Shown here one piece after another: positions 16,706-20,000 of a DNA stretch of 20,000 nucleotides. Where the stretch lies: IMG/VR virus record IMGVR_UViG_3300017917_002187. One strand, given 5' to 3'. A model generated the notes under the pieces. The model was not told the DNA's origin. It saw only the letters and a list, made by a program, of their open reading frames with translations, and did no database searches. This DNA comes from an uncultured virus (IMG/VR IMGVR_UViG_3300017917_002187). Lineage: Duplodnaviria > Heunggongvirae > Uroviricota > Caudoviricetes. The stretch's first letter is position 1. Each line of letters starts with the position of its first letter. Made by a program: the position numbers and the translations under genes.

Positions 16706-16720
16706 TCATAAATATTATGA
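16706..16720 (-). promoter_or_regulatory. putative late promoter ATATTTAT in a short palindrome, driving the envelope operon
   Basis: TCATA-AATAT-TATGA on the plus strand; motif at 16708-16715, 20 nt upstream of the ATG at 16687. Confidence 0.55.
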
Positions 16721-16756
16721 GCAAACAAAAAAAGGCAACTATCTGAAAAAAATATG

Positions 16757-16993
16757 TTATTTTATTATTTTTATTTCCGATTGAGTTTCAATAACAACTC
16801 TCGCACCACAACTTAATATGGGTTTAATTTCACAACCATGGCCCGAGTATATAATTTTACTCGGACCAAGGATTTCAACTTCATTACAATATGTATTTTT
16901 TCTACCTTGTTTTATTGTTATTACAGGTAAATTTGTACCATTCGTTTTATTTGAACGAATATTATGTTGATTTACGTGAATTCTTGTTTTCAT
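16757..16993 (-). CDS. conserved small phage hypothetical protein
   Basis: IHVNQH...PVITIK...NTY..EVEILGPS...LSCGARVVIET pattern, which I recall from phage hypothetical proteins; function unknown. Confidence 0.75.
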   Translation of the reverse strand: MKTRIHVNQHNIRSNKTNGTNLPVITIKQGRKNTYCNEVEILGPSKIIYSGHGCEIKPILSCGARVVIETQSEIKIIK

Positions 16994-16999
16994 TTTTTT

Positions 17000-18385
17000 T
17001 TATTTGTCTGTTGTAATCAGATTACCTTGTATTGACCATGTAAAATCAAGTTTTACATCGTTTTTAAACAATGATGTGTCTTCCATGTCAATGTATTGGT
17101 CTGTTGTGTAACCATTTTTACCTGTCATGGTAGATAATGCGTGGCATGACATACAATTCGTCTGCATACCATAAACAAAGTTTGGGTTGAATTTATTCGG
17201 TAAACTGAATACTCCTGGTCCAAATCCACCTTCAAGATAGGGGTTAAATGCAATTACAGGTCTTCCACCTTTATCTGTACCTCCAGTTATTGGTTGATTA
17301 GGCCAAACAAACGTCCAAGCAACACTAACAGCATAATGTGATGCCGCACCCTTTAATTCTTTTGGTCTTAAACCCCCTTCAAATTTTGAACTTGGTGATG
17401 GTGGATTAGATGGGTCTGGACACCAGAAATATGTTTGCCATGTCCAATTTTTAATTTCTTTTGTTGTCACGTGCATTGCAACTAATAAAATATAATCACC
17501 TTCAATAAACTGTCTAGTTGCAGGAGTACCAGCATCTTGATGCATGTTTAAATAATCCGCACCTACTCTATCAATCTTGTAATTAATGAAATCATTTACA
17601 TTACATGTTGCTGCTTTGATTTCTTCATCGGTTGGGTTTGATTTAGTTACTGGTGTTAATTTTTTATTTGGTACTTGTTTATTATTCACGTCAGCATAAA
17701 CAAATGTTGTCCATTTATCATATCTAAATGCAGTATCGGGGTTTGGTTTAACCCAAACAGGAACTCTTATTAATCCATTCTTATCTGGTACACCAACATA
17801 ATACGTAGGTTTTGATGTTATTGAAGTGTTGGGAAATTCAGGAATAGAACCAATACCATCTTTAACAAGGAATTTTTTAAGTTCTGATTGTTTGAATAAA
17901 CTGTTTGATGTTGCGAAGTATGATGCACTTGGATCATAAGACACTGTTTCCAAGACAACAAAATTACTATCAACCTTTTGTCCCTCAAATAATTGTCCAT
18001 GTATAAATTGTTTAGGGACGTTTAAATTTGTTCTTGATATTTTAACCAAATCTTCTTTAGTTGTTTTACCTTGTGCTGTTAAAATCATTAACTCTTGAAC
18101 ACCATTCCAAGTTTCAAAGGTAAGTAAAGTTTGACCATTGTATTTTTCTTTGGTTGGTTCGGTCAAACCAGCCCAAATACCCCAAGCGTGTTTTACAATG
18201 CTTGATGTATCTTGATTTTCTAACCAAGTGTAAATTTTACCAGAATCTTCTGGAAATTTGAATCCCTCAATATTAACTGTTGGGAATTCTCTTGGTGTAA
18301 TTGTTTCTTCTTCTTTTCTACAAGAATAAAGGATTGTCATGAATCCAATAATTAGAAATAGATAATTTACGATTTTTCTTTTCAT
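17000..18385 (-). CDS. lipoprotein with C-terminal CxxCH heme-c binding motif
   Basis: Lipobox ILYS/C followed by RKEEE; NCMSCH (CxxCH at 17141-17155); MHVTTKE..NWTWQTYFW core. Confidence 0.72.
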   Translation of the reverse strand: MKRKIVNYLFLIIGFMTILYSCRKEEETITPREFPTVNIEGFKFPEDSGKIYTWLENQDTSSIVKHAWGIWAGLTEPTKEKYNGQTLLTFETWNGVQELMILTAQGKTTKEDLVKISRTNLNVPKQFIHGQLFEGQKVDSNFVVLETVSYDPSASYFATSNSLFKQSELKKFLVKDGIGSIPEFPNTSITSKPTYYVGVPDKNGLIRVPVWVKPNPDTAFRYDKWTTFVYADVNNKQVPNKKLTPVTKSNPTDEEIKAATCNVNDFINYKIDRVGADYLNMHQDAGTPATRQFIEGDYILLVAMHVTTKEIKNWTWQTYFWCPDPSNPPSPSSKFEGGLRPKELKGAASHYAVSVAWTFVWPNQPITGGTDKGGRPVIAFNPYLEGGFGPGVFSLPNKFNPNFVYGMQTNCMSCHALSTMTGKNGYTTDQYIDMEDTSLFKNDVKLDFTWSIQGNLITTDK

Positions 18386-18421
18386 TTTTTGTTTTTATTT
18401 TTAGTTTATTTATTATGTCAA

Positions 18422-18429
18422 TATAAATA
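18422..18429 (-). promoter_or_regulatory. putative late promoter TATTTATA
   Basis: About 37 nt upstream of the ATG at 18385; part of a TTATTTAT...ATAAATAA inverted repeat. Confidence 0.45.
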
Positions 18430-18444
18430 ATAAATTATTGATTA

Positions 18445-18630
18445 TCAATCCTCATCTTCTAGTCCGTCCATTAATGTAACATCCCAATCAGAAAGATTAT
18501 CATCACCCATTTGAGATCCATTCAACACCGAAGGTCCCCAAACATGTTCTATCCATTCCTCAAATGTGAATTTCGACTCTGGATTTATCATGAGATAATT
18601 TTTGTATTGTGTTTCTAATGTTGCCATCAC
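18445..18630 (-). CDS. small acidic hypothetical protein
   Basis: 60-61 aa (GTG at 18630 or ATG at 18627); coupled to the upstream stop. Confidence 0.65.
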   Translation of the reverse strand: MMATLETQYKNYLMINPESKFTFEEWIEHVWGPSVLNGSQMGDDNLSDWDVTLMDGLEDED

Positions 18631-18869
18631 TAATCAAAATTTAAATTATTTTCCTGTAATGTTTCACGAATAAACTCTCTGTACTTGTCAGCAATTTCAA
18701 TTTCAAATTCGGAAGCCTCTCCACCCAAAATACTAGCACCATATTTAGTTGTATTCCTAAGTTTTTGATCCAAATCATACATTGAGATTTTCCACAATGT
18801 TCCATTCATCGCGTCCCGGGCTTCTTGTTGTTCCTCAATCCCATCAAATTCAAATATTATTTTTGACAT
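18630..18869 (-). CDS. small phage hypothetical protein
   Basis: 79-aa ORF overlapping both neighbours. Confidence 0.7.
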   Translation of the reverse strand: MSKIIFEFDGIEEQQEARDAMNGTLWKISMYDLDQKLRNTTKYGASILGGEASEFEIEIADKYREFIRETLQENNLNFD

Positions 18870-19102
18870 AGTTTTTCCTTATCAAAATATTCTTTTATTT
18901 TGTTGTCCCATGGTTTGTTAACCTCTTTTAACATGGTACCAATTTCTAGTAACATATAATCAGACCATAAACCACCTTCGGATAGTAAATAAGGCATAAA
19001 ATAATAGAACCCGTCAACGTCTAATATAAAATACCCGACCAGCCTATCGTTAGACTCTACTCTAACCTCATATATATCATCTACTTTAGGGAACTTTAAC
19101 AT
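18857..19102 (-). CDS. small hypothetical protein
   Basis: 81-aa ORF starting 3 nt after the thyA stop. Confidence 0.7.
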   Translation of the reverse strand: MLKFPKVDDIYEVRVESNDRLVGYFILDVDGFYYFMPYLLSEGGLWSDYMLLEIGTMLKEVNKPWDNKIKEYFDKEKLCQK

Positions 19103-19105
19103 AAT

Positions 19106-19951
19106 TTAATTACTTAGTGGTGCTTTAATACTTGGATGTGATTGATAGTTCTCCAAAACAAAATCATCTACTAACCAATGTTCTGGTACGAATGATGGTT
19201 CGTTGTTAAAATGTAAGAGGATGTTTACTTTCGGTAATGGGTATGGTTCCCTTGTACGTTTTGGGATCTTATGTAATTCATAATACTCACTTAGTCCCCC
19301 ACCAAATGGCATTTGTTCGTTTACTGCTGTTGTGTAGAGGTCCCCCATAGCTTCTTTTAATAGTTCATGTCTTTCTTCTGGTGTGTATGGTCTTCCTATT
19401 TGTTCTTTAGCTTGCTCAATATGATTTGAATATAAATGAGTATCTCCTAAGTTTCCAATCAATTCATCTGGAACCATATTCACTTCTTTAGCGATAATCT
19501 CTAATAACAATCCATAAGATGCTATATTGAAAGGAAGTCCTAAGAATGTATCTACTGAACGTTGATTCCACATTAAAGAGATTGCTCTGGTTGGGATATT
19601 GTTTTCATCACACCATTTTTGGTAATCAAAATCTTTAGTTAAATGAGCAGTTTCATGAGTTAGTTTTTTTTCAATAGCAATGTTTATTCGCTCTAACTTC
19701 TTTAACTCTCTCGTATAAACTTGAAATCCATAATGACAGGGTGGAAGAACCATTTGGTCTAATTCACCAACGTTCCAAGCATTAACTTTATTACGTCTTG
19801 AATCTGGGTCTGTTTTAAGTAAGTTGATTGAGTTTGCGATTTGGTCTATACCTTTACTACCAAACTCATCATTAAACTCTTTATCTGTTTTTAATTTTTG
19901 CAAGAACTCTTCTTTTGTAAATGGAGTCCCATCTTCGTGTTTATATTTCAT
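19106..19951 (-). CDS. thyA: thymidylate synthase ThyA, C-terminal catalytic portion only
   Basis: IDQI...PDSRR...AWN...LPPCH...QRSVDTFLGLPFNIASY...GDTHLYSNH...IKAPLS; lacks the N-terminal motifs, and an in-frame TGA lies at 19964-19966. Confidence 0.9.
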   Translation of the reverse strand: MKYKHEDGTPFTKEEFLQKLKTDKEFNDEFGSKGIDQIANSINLLKTDPDSRRNKVNAWNVGELDQMVLPPCHYGFQVYTRELKKLERINIAIEKKLTHETAHLTKDFDYQKWCDENNIPTRAISLMWNQRSVDTFLGLPFNIASYGLLLEIIAKEVNMVPDELIGNLGDTHLYSNHIEQAKEQIGRPYTPEERHELLKEAMGDLYTTAVNEQMPFGGGLSEYYELHKIPKRTREPYPLPKVNILLHFNNEPSFVPEHWLVDDFVLENYQSHPSIKAPLSN

Positions 19952-20000
19952 AACTTTACTTTCTCAATTATATTTTTTACTTGATGTAAATTAAACTCAC
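19948..20000 (-). CDS. 3' end of an upstream ORF (…EFNLHQVKNIIEKVKL*)
   Basis: The only open minus-strand frame from the window edge; its TGA overlaps the thyA-fragment ATG (ATGA). Confidence 0.5.
   Translation of the reverse strand, partial: EFNLHQVKNIIEKVKL

Noticed and set aside
377..16784. Plus-strand ORFs in the track (377, 2054, 3744, 4883, 7959, 11821, 13049, 14384, 14712, 15057, 16008, 16539)
   Set aside because: All lie antisense to well-supported minus-strand genes and have the F/L/S-rich shadow composition with no motifs.
602..18000. Alternative-frame minus ORFs (602..799, 13098..13313, 14380..14568, 17818..18000)
   Set aside because: Nested out of frame in longer genes; explained by low-complexity or biased codon usage.
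11011..18385. Envelope genes as host chromosomal contamination or chimera
   Set aside because: They share strand, AT-richness and the TATTTAT upstream motif with the phage-type genes and are interleaved with phage hypothetical ORFs; read-level confirmation is still advisable.
1..20000. CRISPR array, tRNA genes, IS elements or stop-codon recoding
   Set aside because: Intergenic gaps are short and mostly explained by promoters and terminators; I saw no repeat-spacer pattern, cloverleaf or transposase; genes are full-length under code 11 with TAA, TGA and TAG all used as stops.

Overview
AT-rich, gene-dense window, almost entirely minus-strand. It reads as part of a large (probably jumbo-type) lytic phage of a Bacteroidota host. 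Support: phage-type nucleotide and phosphatase genes (thyA C-terminal part, HAD nucleotidase, two HAD_SAK-like phosphatases, calcineurin-like phosphoesterase), two PcfJ-like paralogs, a peptidoglycan-binding muralytic enzyme, many small hypothetical ORFs, Bacteroidota TAnnTTTG promoters and A-rich, SD-less starts. A second upstream motif (sense TATTTAT) marks a separate, probably late, gene class. The standout is a six-gene, coupled cell-envelope operon (11011-16687). It encodes a T9SS-CTD protein with cohesin-like and dockerin-like modules, a small membrane protein, a CsgG/HfaB-like lipoprotein, a putative outer-membrane beta-barrel protein, a dockerin-module protein with an inserted EPN/WND C-type lectin, and a miniature CsgG paralog. 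Together these suggest a phage-encoded cohesin-dockerin lectin display system. Also notable are a CxxCH heme-motif lipoprotein, an apparently split thyA, and an unlisted 44-aa basic YRGQG protein on the plus strand. All family assignments come from motif recognition by eye, not from database searches.
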